Positions 9,698 to 21,444 are shown, numbered from the stretch's first letter. The stretch is 64,000 nucleotides of DNA from Alphaproteobacteria bacterium (GCA_964291265.2 OZ219747.1:1344001-1408000), one strand, 5' to 3'. Made by a program: numbers and translations. The notes: generated by a model from the sequence alone, not told the origin.

Positions 9698-10990
9698 GTG
9701 ATGGTCATGGCAGCCGATGCACCCTCCGGAGAGTACGAGGCGCCGATCAAGGATCTCTATGAAGTCGGCGAGATTCCGCCGCTGGGCCATGTGCCGGCCA
9801 ACATGTATGCGTGGGCCATCCGCCGTGAACGTCACGGCGAACCCTCGACGGCGATGCAGGTGGAGGTGCTGCCGACGCACGAGATCGACAGCAACGAGGT
9901 CCTGGTTCTCGTCATGGCGGCGGGTGTCAACTACAACGGTGTGTGGGCCTCTCTCGGCATTCCCATCAGTCCCTTCGACGTTCACGGGAGTGACGTCCAT
10001 ATTGCCGGATCCGATGCTTCGGGAATCGTCTGGGCCGTCGGGTCCAGGGTGAAACGCTGGAAGGTCGGTGACGAGGTCGTCATCCACTGCAACCAGGACG
10101 ATGGCGACGACGAGGAATGCAACGGTGGTGATCCGATGTATTCCACCAGCCAGCGCATCTGGGGCTACGAGACAGGTGATGGCAGCTTCGCCCAGTTCAC
10201 CCGTGTCCAGGCCCAGCAGCTCATGGCCCGCCCGCGCCACCTCACCTGGGAGGAGTCGGCCTGCTATACCCTGACCCTGGCGACAGCCTACCGCATGCTG
10301 TTCGGCCATCGGCCGCACATCCTCAGACCCGGTCACAACGTGCTGGTGTGGGGCGCCTCGGGAGGTCTTGGATCCATGGCCGTCCAGCTGATCGCCACCG
10401 CCGGCGCCCATGCCATCGGCGTCATCAGCGAGGAGGAAAAGGCCGATTTCGTGCTGTCGCTTGGTGCGCGCGGAGTCATCAACCGGAAGGACCATGACTG
10501 CTGGGGGCGGCTGCCGGAGGTGTCGGATACGGCGGCCTATGGCGCCTACATGAAGAAGTGCCGTGAGTTCGGGAAGGCCATCTGGTCCTTCACCGGCAAG
10601 GGCCATGATGTCGATTTCGTCTTCGAGCATCCGGGCGAGTCGACGTTTCCGGTCTCGTGTTTTGTCGTCAAGCGCGGCGGCATGGTGGTGTTCTGCGCCG
10701 GGACCACCGGTTACAACATCACCTTCGACGCCCGTTTCGTATGGATGCGCCAGAAGCGCATCCAGGGCAGTCACTTTGCCAACCTCATGCAGGCGGCACA
10801 AGCCAACCGGCTGATGCTGGAACGTCGTCTCGATCCCTGCATGTCGGAAGTCTTCTCGTGGGACGACATTCCCCGCGCCCACATGAAGATGCGGGCCAAC
10901 CAGCACAAGCCGGGCAACATGGCGGTTCTCGTGCAGTCTCCGCGACCGGGTCTGCGCACTCTCGAGGACGTCCTCGAAGGGGCCGGATGA
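9698..10990 (+). CDS. ccrA: Crotonyl-CoA carboxylase/reductase
   Basis: KDLYEVGEIPPLGHVP, MAAGVNYNGVWA, IWGYET.DGSFAQF and WMRQKRIQGSHFA. Confidence 0.95.
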   Translation: MMVMAADAPSGEYEAPIKDLYEVGEIPPLGHVPANMYAWAIRRERHGEPSTAMQVEVLPTHEIDSNEVLVLVMAAGVNYNGVWASLGIPISPFDVHGSDVHIAGSDASGIVWAVGSRVKRWKVGDEVVIHCNQDDGDDEECNGGDPMYSTSQRIWGYETGDGSFAQFTRVQAQQLMARPRHLTWEESACYTLTLATAYRMLFGHRPHILRPGHNVLVWGASGGLGSMAVQLIATAGAHAIGVISEEEKADFVLSLGARGVINRKDHDCWGRLPEVSDTAAYGAYMKKCREFGKAIWSFTGKGHDVDFVFEHPGESTFPVSCFVVKRGGMVVFCAGTTGYNITFDARFVWMRQKRIQGSHFANLMQAAQANRLMLERRLDPCMSEVFSWDDIPRAHMKMRANQHKPGNMAVLVQSPRPGLRTLEDVLEGAG

Positions 10991-12633
10991 ACGCCGACAC
11001 CCTTCTCGCACGCTGCCGCGGCGCCCTTGACGCCGCTGACCGGCTTCTCGGGGCCGCCCGCGAGGGGACGAGGGGCATGGTGGTCGATGCCGATGGGGCC
11101 ATCGATCCCCGGCGCATCGATTCATGCCAGCATGCGGTCCACGGCCTTGCCTGGGTGGCAACCTCGGTCGAGAGCCTCCGCCAGATGCTCCGTTGGGCCG
11201 AATTCCTCGAGCCGGAGGGACGGTTCGGCGAAACGGAACAGCTTGTCCTCGACTGCGCCTTCCAGGAGTCCCTGGCCCAGCTGACCGGCGGAATTGCCAT
11301 GAGCCAGGGGGAAGTCGTGCGTCTGCGTGACCTTTCGGTCAGCGGCGACGATCTCCATGCCCTGTGGACCGATGACGTGGCGGACCTGATCAACCGCGGA
11401 TCGACGAAGGAGAGTCTGTCACGGCTCGCCCTCCTCCTCGGCGAAGGGCGTGTCGCCGACTCCGGACTCGAAGGCGACCTTGTCATGGTCCGCGACCAGT
11501 TCCGCCGCTATGCCGACGAGCGCATCAGGCCCGGAGCGCACGCCTGGCATCTCGGTGACGAGCTGATTCCCCTCGAGATTCTCCGGGAACTCGCCGACCT
11601 TGGCGTCTTCGGGCTGTCCGTGCCTGCGGAACACGGAGGTCTGGGTCTCTCGAAGGTTGCGATGTGCGTGGTGACCGAAGAGCTCTCGCGCGGTTACATT
11701 GGCGTCGGCTCACTTGGTACGCGCACGGAAATTGCCGCCGAGCTCATCATCGCCAGCGGTACGCCCGAGCAGCAGCAGCGGTGGCTTCCGGGGATCGTTT
11801 CCGGGGATATCATCCCGACAGCGGTCTTCACGGAACCCGGCACTGGCTCGGATCTCGGCAGTCTCGCGACCCGCGCGGTACGCCACGGCGATCGCTATCT
11901 TGTCACCGGCAACAAGACCTGGATCACTCATGCCGCCCGGGCCGATCTCATGACTCTCCTGGCGCGTACCGATGGGGATGAACCGGGCTACCGGGGCTTG
12001 AGCATGTTTCTGGCCGGGAAGCCGCGTGGCACGCAGGAGGACCCGTTTCCCGCTCCCGGCATGTCGGGTGGCGAGATCGGCGTTCTCGGTTATCGTGGCA
12101 TGAAGGAATACGAGATCGGCTTCGACCGCTTCGAGGTTCCGGCCGGGGACCTGCTTGGCGGCGAGGAAGGCAAGGGGTTCAAGCAGCTCATGGCGACGTT
12201 CGAGTCGGCACGCATCCAGACCGCGGCCAGGGCCACCGGAGTGGCCCAGGCCGCTCTTGAAGCGGGCCTGGCCTATGCCCTGGAACGTCATCAGTTCGGT
12301 CGCGCCATCGCCGGGTTCCCGCGCGTTGCCAACAAGCTGGCATGGATGGCCGTCGAGACGATGATGTCCCGCCAGCTGTGCTGGTATGCGGCGCGCCGCA
12401 AGGACTCCGGCCGGCGCTGCGATCTCGAGGCTGGCATGGCAAAGCTTCTCAGCGCCCGGGTGGCCTGGTCGGCGGCCGACAACACCCTGCAGATCCATGG
12501 CGGCAACGGCTACGCCCTCGAGTACGAGGCGAGTCGGCTACTGTGCGATGCCCGTATCCTCAACATCTTCGAGGGGGCAGCGGAAATCCAGGCACAGGTG
12601 ATCGCCAGGCGTCTGCTCTCCGCGGCGAACTGA
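10987..12633 (+). CDS. mcd: (2S)-methylsuccinyl-CoA dehydrogenase (acyl-CoA dehydrogenase with N-terminal extension)
   Basis: ATGA overlap with ccrA. QHAVHGLAWVAT, ELSRGYIGVGSLGTR and IHGGNGYALEY; ethylmalonyl-CoA pathway context. Confidence 0.85.
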   Translation: MNADTLLARCRGALDAADRLLGAAREGTRGMVVDADGAIDPRRIDSCQHAVHGLAWVATSVESLRQMLRWAEFLEPEGRFGETEQLVLDCAFQESLAQLTGGIAMSQGEVVRLRDLSVSGDDLHALWTDDVADLINRGSTKESLSRLALLLGEGRVADSGLEGDLVMVRDQFRRYADERIRPGAHAWHLGDELIPLEILRELADLGVFGLSVPAEHGGLGLSKVAMCVVTEELSRGYIGVGSLGTRTEIAAELIIASGTPEQQQRWLPGIVSGDIIPTAVFTEPGTGSDLGSLATRAVRHGDRYLVTGNKTWITHAARADLMTLLARTDGDEPGYRGLSMFLAGKPRGTQEDPFPAPGMSGGEIGVLGYRGMKEYEIGFDRFEVPAGDLLGGEEGKGFKQLMATFESARIQTAARATGVAQAALEAGLAYALERHQFGRAIAGFPRVANKLAWMAVETMMSRQLCWYAARRKDSGRRCDLEAGMAKLLSARVAWSAADNTLQIHGGNGYALEYEASRLLCDARILNIFEGAAEIQAQVIARRLLSAAN

Positions 12634-12661
12634 CCATGGCGGCACGGCGCAGGGTGACGTC

Positions 12662-12859
12662 ATGAACTGGATCGGCTATGTGATTCTGGGCCTTGCCGCC
12701 CTCACCCTTGTGGCCCTCTTCGTCGGCATCGGCGGGTTTGCCCGCGGAGGCGAGTTCAATCGGCGTCACGGCAACCGCATGATGCGCTTTCGCGTGGCAT
12801 TTCAGCTGGCCGCGCTGGTTCTTCTCGCCGTCATGTTTCTCGTCATGCAGGGAGGGTAG
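12662..12859 (+). CDS. Twin transmembrane helix small protein (HIG1-like)
   Basis: Two hydrophobic helices flank GGEFNRRHGNRMMRFRVAFQ; this is the typical position upstream of the adenosyltransferase and etf genes. Confidence 0.8.
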   Translation: MNWIGYVILGLAALTLVALFVGIGGFARGGEFNRRHGNRMMRFRVAFQLAALVLLAVMFLVMQGG

Positions 12860-12863
12860 AACC

Positions 12864-13433
12864 ATCGTCAGGCTGGACAGGATCTATACCCGCGGCGGAG
12901 ACCGGGGCGAGACGTCCCTGGGCGACGGCAGCCGGGTGGCCAAGCACGCTCTCAGGATCGAGGCCTTCGGCACCGTGGATGAGGCGAACTCCGTGATCGG
13001 CCTCGCCAGGGTGCATGCCGACGGCGACTGTGACGCGATGCTGGCGCGCATCCAGAACGATCTCTTCGATCTCGGGGCCGATCTTGCCGTGCCCGAGGAA
13101 GGGCGCCGCGGCGCCGGTGCGCTGCGGATCACTCCTGACCAGGTGGCACGTCTCGAGAGTGAGATCGATGCCATGAACGCCAGCCTCGAGGCGCTGACTT
13201 CCTTCATCCTGCCAGGAGGGTCCAGTGTTTCGGCGTGGCTGCACCTGGCGCGTACGGTGGTCCGCCGGGCCGAACGCCTGATCGCCGCGCTCTCCCTCGA
13301 CGAGACCGTCAATCCGGCAGTCCTCGAATACGCCAACCGGCTCTCCGATCACCTCTTCGTGATGGCGCGCCGTCGCAACGACAACGGCCGCGCCGATCAT
13401 CTGTGGACTCCCGGCGCTACCCGGGAAGGGTGA
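12864..13433 (+). CDS. PduO-type ATP:cob(I)alamin adenosyltransferase (apparent ATC start)
   Basis: In-frame (I)VRLDRIYTRGGDRGETSLGDG, GTVDEANS, IQNDLFDLGADLA and NRLSDHLF; SD GGAGG at 12851-12855. Confidence 0.88.
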   Translation: MVRLDRIYTRGGDRGETSLGDGSRVAKHALRIEAFGTVDEANSVIGLARVHADGDCDAMLARIQNDLFDLGADLAVPEEGRRGAGALRITPDQVARLESEIDAMNASLEALTSFILPGGSSVSAWLHLARTVVRRAERLIAALSLDETVNPAVLEYANRLSDHLFVMARRRNDNGRADHLWTPGATREG

Positions 13434-13551
13434 GCCGGCATGCGCTGACGTTTCGTTGACTTCGGCAATCGAGCGGTCTTAGTGTGCCTCGCGAATTCCT
13501 GCCGCGGATTCCGGTCATCCCTTTCACAACAAGCGCCTGGAGAGGCACGCC

Positions 13552-14301
13552 ATGAAAGTGCTCGTCCCGGTCAAGCGGGTCATTGATTACAACGTCAAGG
13601 TGCGCGTCAAGGCGGACCGCACGGGCGTTGATCTGGCCAACGTCAAGATGTCGATGAACCCCTTCGACGAAATCGCCGTCGAGGAGGCGATTCGCATGAA
13701 GGAGGCGGGAACCGCCACCGAGGTGATCGCCCTCTCCCTGGGACCGACCCAGAGCCAGGAAACCCTGCGCACGGCCTTGGCCATGGGCGCCGACCGCGCC
13801 ATCCATGTCGTTCACGACGGTGATCTCGAGCCGCTTGCCGTGGCCAAGATGATCGCCCGTATCGTCGCCGAGGAGTCGCCCGATGTCGTCATCCTCGGCA
13901 AGCAGGCGATCGATGACGACGCCAACCAGACCGGCCAGATGCTCGCCGGGCTGCTGGGTTGGGCCCAGGGCACGTTCGTCTCGAAGGTCGAGGCAACCAA
14001 CGGTTCGCTGAATGTCGTGCGCGAGGTTGATGGCGGACTCGAGTCGGTGGTGCTGACAATGCCGGCGATCATCACCGTGGATCTCCGGCTCAATGATCCA
14101 CGCTACGCGTCACTCCCCAACATCATGAAGGCGCGGAAGAAGGAAATCGCGAGGCGTACGCCTGACGAGCTCGGGGTCGACGTGACACCACGCCTGAAGG
14201 TGATCGGTGTCGAGGAACCGCCACGCCGCCAGAGCGGCATCAAGGTCGGTTCCGTCGGGGAGCTGGTGGACAGGCTGCAGAACGACGCGGGAGCGATCTG
14301 A
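13552..14301 (+). CDS. etfB: Electron transfer flavoprotein beta subunit
   Basis: [32 protein letters not shown] and GKQAIDDD. Confidence 0.96.
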   Translation: MKVLVPVKRVIDYNVKVRVKADRTGVDLANVKMSMNPFDEIAVEEAIRMKEAGTATEVIALSLGPTQSQETLRTALAMGADRAIHVVHDGDLEPLAVAKMIARIVAEESPDVVILGKQAIDDDANQTGQMLAGLLGWAQGTFVSKVEATNGSLNVVREVDGGLESVVLTMPAIITVDLRLNDPRYASLPNIMKARKKEIARRTPDELGVDVTPRLKVIGVEEPPRRQSGIKVGSVGELVDRLQNDAGAI

Positions 14302-14302
14302 C

Positions 14303-15256
14303 ATGGCGATACTGGTCTATGCGGAACACGACAATCGGGAGCTTGCGGCGGCCACCGCAAGCACCGTGACGGCCGCCCTGGAGATGGGCGGCGACATCAC
14401 CGTCCTGGTGGCGGGCAGCGGTTGCGGAACGGTGGCGCAGGCCGCTGCCCGGACAGCCGGCGTCGCCCGTGTCCTGCTTGCCGACGAGGCGCCGCTCGAA
14501 GCCCAGCTTGCCGAGAACGTCGCTCCGCTCATCGCCAGCCTGGCGCCGGACTACAGCCATGTCGTGGCGCCGGCGACCACCACCGGCAAGAACATCATGC
14601 CGCGGGCTGCGGCGCTGCTTGACCGGCAGCAGGTCTCGGACATCACCGCCGTGGTGGCTGCCGATACCTTCGTGCGCCCGATCTACGCCGGCAACGCCAT
14701 GGCCACGGTGCAGTCAACCGACGACATCGTGTTTGTCACGGTTCGCACGACGGCCTTCGACGCGGCGCAGGAGAGCGACACGGCGGTTGCCGTCGAGACG
14801 GTGTCGGGCGCGGCCGATGCCGGTCTCTCCAGATTCGAGGGCGCCGCGCTTTCCGGTGGCGAGCGCCCCGAACTGACCACGGCCCGCGTGGTCATTTCAG
14901 GCGGCCGCGGCATGAAGTCCGGAGACAACTTCGCCATGCTCGAGGAGGTGGCGGACATTCTCGGGGCGGCTGTCGGCGCCAGTCGGGCCGCCGTCGATGC
15001 CGGTTACGTGCCCAATGACTACCAGGTGGGACAGACCGGCAAGGTGGTGGCGCCGGAACTCTACCTTGCCGTCGGCATCTCGGGCGCGATCCAGCACCTC
15101 GCCGGCATGAAGGACAGCAAGGTCATCGCCTGCATCAACAAGGACGAGGAGGCGCCGATCTTCCAGGTTGCCGACTTCGGTCTGGTTGCGGACCTCTTCG
15201 ATGCCGTTCCTGAACTGAAGGCCGAGCTGGAGCGAAGAGGCGTCCAGCCGCGGTGA
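14303..15256 (+). CDS. etfA: Electron transfer flavoprotein alpha subunit
   Basis: ATG at 14303; RPIYAGNA and [29 protein letters not shown]. Confidence 0.96.
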   Translation: MAILVYAEHDNRELAAATASTVTAALEMGGDITVLVAGSGCGTVAQAAARTAGVARVLLADEAPLEAQLAENVAPLIASLAPDYSHVVAPATTTGKNIMPRAAALLDRQQVSDITAVVAADTFVRPIYAGNAMATVQSTDDIVFVTVRTTAFDAAQESDTAVAVETVSGAADAGLSRFEGAALSGGERPELTTARVVISGGRGMKSGDNFAMLEEVADILGAAVGASRAAVDAGYVPNDYQVGQTGKVVAPELYLAVGISGAIQHLAGMKDSKVIACINKDEEAPIFQVADFGLVADLFDAVPELKAELERRGVQPR

Positions 15257-15277
15257 CCGGGGGATAGGTTGTTGGGC

Positions 15278-16153
15278 ATGGAGATCAGGAGCATCGGTGT
15301 CATCGGTGCCGGCCAGATGGGGTCGGGAATCGCCCATGTCTGTGCCCTGGCGGGATACGGCATCCTGATGGTCGACATGTCGCGGGCCATCGCGGAGGCC
15401 GGAGTCGAAGTGGTGCGTTCCAACATGGAGCGCCAGCGGCGGCGTGGTGTCATCGACCAGGAACAGATGGATGCCGCGCTTGGCCGCATTGCCGTGGTCG
15501 ATTCCTATGCAGGACTGGCTGACTGCGACTGTGTCATCGAGGCCGCTACCGAGAACGAGAAGGTCAAGAAGGAGATTCTCGCCGAGCTGACATCGTTCCT
15601 CAAGGCGGATGCCATCATCTGCACCAACACCTCGTCGATTCCCATCACACGCCTTGCGGCGGCCACCGACCGGCCGGAGAGGTTCATGGGCATGCACTTC
15701 ATGAACCCGGTGCCGATGATGAATCTGGTCGAACTGATCCGCGGACTGGCCACCGACAGCGAGACCTTCGACACCATCCGCGCCCTGACGCTGGAGCTCG
15801 GCAAGGTTCCGGCCAACGCCGAGGATTTCCCGGCCTTCATCGTCAACCGCATCCTGCTGCCGATGATCAACGAGGCAGTCTATGCCCTCTACGAGGGCGT
15901 CGGTACGGTCGACTCCATCGATACCGCGATGCGGCTCGGCGCCAACCATCCCATGGGACCGCTCGAACTCGCCGACTTCATCGGCCTCGATGTCTGCTAT
16001 TCCGTCATGCAGGTGCTCTACGACGGCCTTGCGGACACCAAGTACCGTCCGTGCCCGCTGCTCGCCAAGTATGTCGAGGCGGGCTGGCTCGGTCGCAAGT
16101 CCGGCCGCGGCTTCTACGATTACTCGGGCGAAACTCCGGTACCGACGCGCTGA
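15278..16153 (+). CDS. hbd: 3-hydroxybutyryl-CoA dehydrogenase
   Basis: [30 protein letters not shown] and [15 protein letters not shown]. Confidence 0.92.
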   Translation: MEIRSIGVIGAGQMGSGIAHVCALAGYGILMVDMSRAIAEAGVEVVRSNMERQRRRGVIDQEQMDAALGRIAVVDSYAGLADCDCVIEAATENEKVKKEILAELTSFLKADAIICTNTSSIPITRLAAATDRPERFMGMHFMNPVPMMNLVELIRGLATDSETFDTIRALTLELGKVPANAEDFPAFIVNRILLPMINEAVYALYEGVGTVDSIDTAMRLGANHPMGPLELADFIGLDVCYSVMQVLYDGLADTKYRPCPLLAKYVEAGWLGRKSGRGFYDYSGETPVPTR

Positions 16154-17100
16154 TCACCCTTATGGCCATGAAAGGGCAAGGATGGCCTCCGTTTTCACCC
16201 GGGGCGCCTTGCCAAGCGGCCTGGCCGTTCTCGTCGCCATGCTCCCGGAGGGACGAGTTCCGTGCAGCACCTCGTCGACTTCGCGCGCCGTTCGGTCAAG
16301 GCCGTCAGGGGTAGGCAATCCGATTCCCGAGGAACGGGAGAGGCGCACTGAGTGCGCGCGCCGGACTGCTGCCATGGCTTGCGACGAGGCCAACCGTTCA
16401 GGATGCACCTTTTCTGCCCGCGTAAGCGTTCGGCCGTGCGGTGATGGCTGATTTTGGTTGGTTTGGGGCTTGCTGACTATTGTCTGAGAAAGTTCTGGTA
16501 AACCCGTTTGGTCTCGATTATGGTCGGGGCCATGGAGACTTTCGACGAGGCGTGCGGAGCGGCACAGCAGCTGACGGGAGGTGGCGACGGCCTATGTCTG
16601 GCGCCATCGGCCTTGTCATGCGAGGTGTCTGACTGGCGTGCGCTCTATGAGGCGGAGCGGGTCCGTGCTGACACATTGCAGTTTGATCTCGACCGCACTC
16701 GTGATCAGCTCAAGGAGGCTCGCGCGGAGGTGCGGGCGGCTCGCCGGGATGTGAAGCGGGGGCAGACCCTGGCGGAGGCGCTGAAGCGGGAAAGGGACGC
16801 TCTGAAGCGTAAGAACGCTGAACAGGCGAGCGAGCTGAGGAAGCTGCGCGGGACGCGTGAAAAGCACGCGAAGGCGCGCTTCGGGTCGAAGAGCGAGAAG
16901 CGGAAGAAGAAGGCAGGCACAGGGAACAAGCGGGGTCAGCAACCTGGCAAGAGCGGCCACGGGCGCACCCCGCGTCCGAAGCTTGAGGAGAAACACGAGC
17001 GCCATGATCCACCGGCATCGCAGCGCACGTGCCCGTGTTGCGGCGAGCCCTATGTGGCCAACGGCAGCCACGAGACCTCGATCATGGAGGTCCATGTCAA

Positions 17101-18762
17101 GGGTGCAGTTCTCGTATGGAGAAGCCAAGTCATTGATTTATCACGGTTGTGCGGTCGCGATGGAGCGGCGAATACGGGGTTTCGTGACAATTGCCCGTTT
17201 CAGGACCGGATTTTGTCACGATGGCAGGGCTTGGCGGTGGATGCGGGAACGCTCCGCACCGCAAGATGCGATATGATGCTGGCTTGAAACCACAACATCA
17301 GGAGCGCTCCCATGTCAGTGTCACAGCTTCGGCCTTCCGCGTCCATCGATCTTCTCGGCTTGCCGCCTCGGGTTGTCGAAGCGGTCACGCAAGTGACCGC
17401 GGTGTGTCATCGACAGCTTGGTTCAGAGCGCTCTGCCGAGGCCTTCGAGGAAGCGGAGCGGCGGGTGCTTGAGAGCGTGCACGCGCTTGGTTGCGAGATC
17501 CTGGGTGCCTGTGCCGAGGCCCGGGACGACGGTGCGCCCCGGATCGAACGGGACGGGCAGAACTGGTTCCGTGTGGCGCCGACGCCGAAGACGATCATGA
17601 CCTCGCTCGGCCCGGTGACCTTTCGGCGTGCGCGCTATCGCACCGGCGGGCACTGCCGGTCGCTGATGCCGGTGGACGAAAGCCTGGGCCTCGTCGACGA
17701 CGACCTGACACGGCCGGCGGCTCAGCTTGGGCTGATGATGATGGTCCACTGCACGGCGCGGGAAGCGGAGGCGTTCTTCGGCAAGCTCGGCGCCATGACG
17801 CCGTCTGTGAGCACCTTGCAGCGCTTGAGCCTGACCATGCAGGAGCGTTGGGAACGTCTCGGTCCGCAGGCCCTGGATGGCATCCGGGAAGCCGAGGACA
17901 TCCCGCAGGACGCGGTCACCGCCTCGGTCTCGCTCGACGGCGTCATGGTGGCGCTGCGGGCCGGCGAGGACGGCCGTAGCGAGGCCTGCTGGCGCGAGGC
18001 GGCCTGTGGCACAGTCTCCTTCCACGATGCCGACGGTGAGCGCCTGAAGACCGTCTATCTCGGCCGCATGCCCGAGCGCGGCAAGTGCACGCTGAAGGTG
18101 CAGCTGGCAAGCGAGGTCGCGCATATCAGGCGCGAGCGTCCCGAGATCAGGATCAGCGCCATCGCCGACGCCGCCGCCGACAACTGGACCTTCCTCTCTG
18201 GTCTTGAACCCGAAACCGAGGTGATCGACTTCTGGCATGCCTGCGAGCATCTGCGCGTGGTGGCCGACCATGCAGCGGCGCCCCACTGGTTCGAGAAGTA
18301 CCGCGAGATCCTGCGTCACGACCCCCGCGGCATCGACAGGGTGATCCGGGCGCTGCGCCACCTTCGCGACACCGCCAAGCCGGCGGGCCGAGCCGACATC
18401 GACAGGGAACTGGCCTTCTTCCGCAAGCATCGCCACCGCATGCGCTACCACGCGCTGAAGCAACAGGGGATCGCCATCGGCTCGGGACTTGTCGAGGCAG
18501 CCAACAAGACCCTCGTCACACAGCGCATGAAGCGCTCCGGCATGCGCTGGCGCATCGTCGGCGGACAAGCCGTTCTCACCTTCCGCGCCCTCATCAAATC
18601 CGGCCGCTTCGAGAGCGCGTGGACAGCCATGATCGGGGCAGACGACGCACCAGCCAACGACAACATCAACCCACATCACACCCCGGCGCTGGCCGCATGA
18701 GATGAAACAATTGAACTAAGCCCATAACTTAAGCGCATAACTGCCATACTAGACTCACACCC
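17101..18762 (+). mobile_element. ISKra4/ISLre2-like (IS256 superfamily) insertion sequence
   Basis: Imperfect IRs GGGTGCAGTTCTCGTATGG and GGGTGTGAGTCTAGTATGG; 8-bp TSD CATGTCAA at 17093-17100 and 18763-18770. Confidence 0.85.
17312..18700 (+). CDS. ISKra4/ISLre2-like DDE transposase
   Basis: SLDGVMV, IADAA, IDFWHACEHL and IGSGLVEAANK...RMKRSGMRW. Confidence 0.85.
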   Translation: MSVSQLRPSASIDLLGLPPRVVEAVTQVTAVCHRQLGSERSAEAFEEAERRVLESVHALGCEILGACAEARDDGAPRIERDGQNWFRVAPTPKTIMTSLGPVTFRRARYRTGGHCRSLMPVDESLGLVDDDLTRPAAQLGLMMMVHCTAREAEAFFGKLGAMTPSVSTLQRLSLTMQERWERLGPQALDGIREAEDIPQDAVTASVSLDGVMVALRAGEDGRSEACWREAACGTVSFHDADGERLKTVYLGRMPERGKCTLKVQLASEVAHIRRERPEIRISAIADAAADNWTFLSGLEPETEVIDFWHACEHLRVVADHAAAPHWFEKYREILRHDPRGIDRVIRALRHLRDTAKPAGRADIDRELAFFRKHRHRMRYHALKQQGIAIGSGLVEAANKTLVTQRMKRSGMRWRIVGGQAVLTFRALIKSGRFESAWTAMIGADDAPANDNINPHHTPALAA

Positions 18763-19627
18763 CATGTCAAGGCTCATGTCCGGCGGATTGACCGTGGGCG
18801 TTGGCGCCGTGGTTGTCAGTGTTCGTCGGCGCCTGGGGAGATCATCGCGCCGCCACCTTTGCGCTTGTTTGCGAATACCCCCTTTGGCAACAGTGTCTGG
18901 GCATGCGTGCTCTATGAGCGCTTCGCCTGCTTGCGTCCCCTGCGCCGGGTCTCGCGATGGCTCAAGGACCAGGGACTGCCGATGGCGCCGGGAACGATCG
19001 CTGGCGGCATGAAGAAGATGACGCCGATGTTCGCGCCTCTCGCGCAGGCCATCCTCGATCATCAGAACCGGCTGACGGTGCGCCACGGCGACGAGACCAG
19101 CTGGCGCATCCAGTCCCTCAAGGCCTCGGGGCGCTCGCAGAAGGCCTGGCTGTGGACCGCGGTCAGCGCCGACTCCGTCTTCTTCCTCATCGATCCGTCA
19201 CGCAGCGCCCGGGTGGCCATGGTGCTGTTCGCCTCCACCAAAGGTGTCGTCTTCCTTGTCGTCGATCGTCACGCGGCCTACAAGAAACTGGAGCGCGTGC
19301 TCGATGGCAAGGTGATCCTCTGCTTTTGCTGGGTGCACTCCAGGCGCGATGTGATCGAGGCTGCGGCAGGCCAGGAGGGGCTGGAAGAGTGGTGCGACAG
19401 GTGGCTCGACAGGGTCGCGCTGATCTTCACACTGAATGGGCAACGGCTGAAGCACTACGATCCCGCACGGAAGCGTCAGTCAGCGAGGTTCAATGCCCTG
19501 CAGAAGGACCTTCGTGCGGCTGTCGAGGCGCTGTTCAGGCAGGCTCAGGAGGAACTCGACGCCTTGCCCGAGGGTGCACGCGAAGCGAAGCCCTTGCGCT
19601 CCCTGATCCGTCACCGCGAGGGACTAT

Positions 19628-21410
19628 CCCGGTTCCGTCACCAAGGGGAATGATGGCGGCATGATGGCGTAATCTTCAGCCTCGGGCGCAGACAAGGTTC
19701 ACTTTGATTGCGCTGTTGGCGGAATCGTGTCGCATTTGGGATAGTTTTTCGGCTCATATTGGCAGGCCAAGGGAGCCGAAGGCCGTTTTTGGCGTTCGTG
19801 TCTATGCCGGGACATGCGCCAGGCACACCCCTGGCGACGCCTTCGGGAGACGCTGTGATCAGACTGTGATGGGATGCAGCACAAGCTATCCCGGCGGCGG
19901 CGCCTGGGCCGCGGCACGCAGGTTGACGAGAGTGCGGGCGAACACCTCCTGCAAGGGGAAGATCGAGGCAAAGGAGAGGCGAAGCCGGCGCACCGTCTTC
20001 GTCACCCTGCCGGCAAGCTTGAACAACCGGGAGCGTATGGTGTCGACGCGCCAGCGGGCACACTCGGTGCCGTGCAGGCCGACACGGCGCACGATGTCGA
20101 CGATGGCGCCGGCAAAGGCCGAGAAGTCCATGCGCAGCTGGTTGGCCCGCATGACATGGCACGACGTGCGATCGGAGAACAGCCACAACTGCTGATCCTT
20201 GATCCGGTTCTCCATGTCTCCCCGAGCACAGTACCTCTGCTCATAGAGTTCCCGAGCGCCGACCTCCTTCCTGGAGATGCTCGTCACAATGTAACGAGCG
20301 TTCTTGCCGCGCGGTCCCGGTAGCCATTCCGCCTTGGCCACCACTCGCCGCTCGCGGGACCATGACTTCTGCGTGCGATACCGCAGATCCCGATACCGTC
20401 TGGATGGCTTGCCGAACACCAGACAACGCCGCCTCGACTTGTTGAGTGCCTTCGTGACCATGCTGTTCAAGCGAGGATTCTGACCATATCCAAAGACATA
20501 GTCGACACCATGGTCCTCGCACCAGACCATGATGTCGTCCGTGCCGAAGTCGGCATCCCCCCGCACCACGATCCGTGTCCGGGGCCACGTGCCGCGGATC
20601 TGCTCAACGATCCGTGACAGCTCATCCACCGAGCCATCCGCCGCGCCATGGTCGGCCGTCCGCAACCGGCAGCGCAGGATGTGCTCGCCGCAGACGACGA
20701 ACAGCGGCAGGAAGCCATGGTGGTCGTCATAGCCGTGGAAGTACTTGCCCTCCTGGTCGCCATGCACCGGATCGTCGGTGGCATCAAGATCCAGAACAAT
20801 CTCCTTGGGCGGTTCCGCATGGCTCTCCAGAAACAGGTCCACAAGAAGACAGTCCAGTGCTTCGTGATCGGCCACGATCTTCTTGTAGCGGTCCAGGCTC
20901 GCCTCATGCGGATCGCCGAGTTCCAGGCGGTTCAGCGTGCTCGAGGCCGCCAGCACATGTCCACGGTCCCGCTCGCGAACCCGTCTCGCTCCCTCCACAT
21001 CGTCGATCCCGCAAGCCAGGGCCAGAGCAGGGTCGTCACGCAGACGGTCATGATCGTTGAGATCCTCGTAACCCAGAGCCAAAGCGATGATGCGCTGCGC
21101 CACCAGTGTCGTCACATCGTGTTCAATGCGACTGGGATCACGATAATCAACAAAAGCGCCAGCAACACGCTCCGTCACGTTGAAAAGCCTGTCTGCTTCC
21201 CGCAACAGAAGCGCACCACCGTCGGAGGTCATGCGGCCACCATCGAAATTGGCCACAATCTGCCGCCGTCCGAGACCTTCAAACTCAAGTTGTTGTGCTG
21301 GACACTGTGTCGCCATGTGGATGGGCTCCTTGGTGCATGTAACTCATTGGTCTTGTTCATATATCACAAACCCCATCCCCATCAATAGGAAACTTGGTGA
21401 CAAATCCGGG
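19628..21410 (-). mobile_element. IS1380-family element, copy 1
   Basis: IRs CCCGGTTCCGTCACCAAG and CCCGGATTTGTCACCAAG; 1783 bp; near-identical to copy 2. The flanks do not form a TSD. Confidence 0.9.
19886..21316 (-). CDS. IS1380-family transposase
   Basis: FDGGRMTSDGG, ALGYEDLNDHD, LDLDATDDPVHG, VRGDADF and YCARGDMENRIK. Confidence 0.9.
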   Translation of the reverse strand: MATQCPAQQLEFEGLGRRQIVANFDGGRMTSDGGALLLREADRLFNVTERVAGAFVDYRDPSRIEHDVTTLVAQRIIALALGYEDLNDHDRLRDDPALALACGIDDVEGARRVRERDRGHVLAASSTLNRLELGDPHEASLDRYKKIVADHEALDCLLVDLFLESHAEPPKEIVLDLDATDDPVHGDQEGKYFHGYDDHHGFLPLFVVCGEHILRCRLRTADHGAADGSVDELSRIVEQIRGTWPRTRIVVRGDADFGTDDIMVWCEDHGVDYVFGYGQNPRLNSMVTKALNKSRRRCLVFGKPSRRYRDLRYRTQKSWSRERRVVAKAEWLPGPRGKNARYIVTSISRKEVGARELYEQRYCARGDMENRIKDQQLWLFSDRTSCHVMRANQLRMDFSAFAGAIVDIVRRVGLHGTECARWRVDTIRSRLFKLAGRVTKTVRRLRLSFASIFPLQEVFARTLVNLRAAAQAPPPG

Positions 21411-21444
21411 TTAGGGTGTCGGCGCCGAAGGCATGAGGCCTTGG

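Larger units (their letters stand above)
16422..19627 (+). mobile_element. IS66-family element copy A (single-transposase type), interrupted and 3'-truncated
   Basis: Left IR GTAAGCGTTCGGCC at 16422. The transposase (FGSKSEK, CPCCG, HGDETSW, CWVHSRR) is split by the IS at 17101-18762 and cut off by IS1380 at 19628. Confidence 0.88.
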
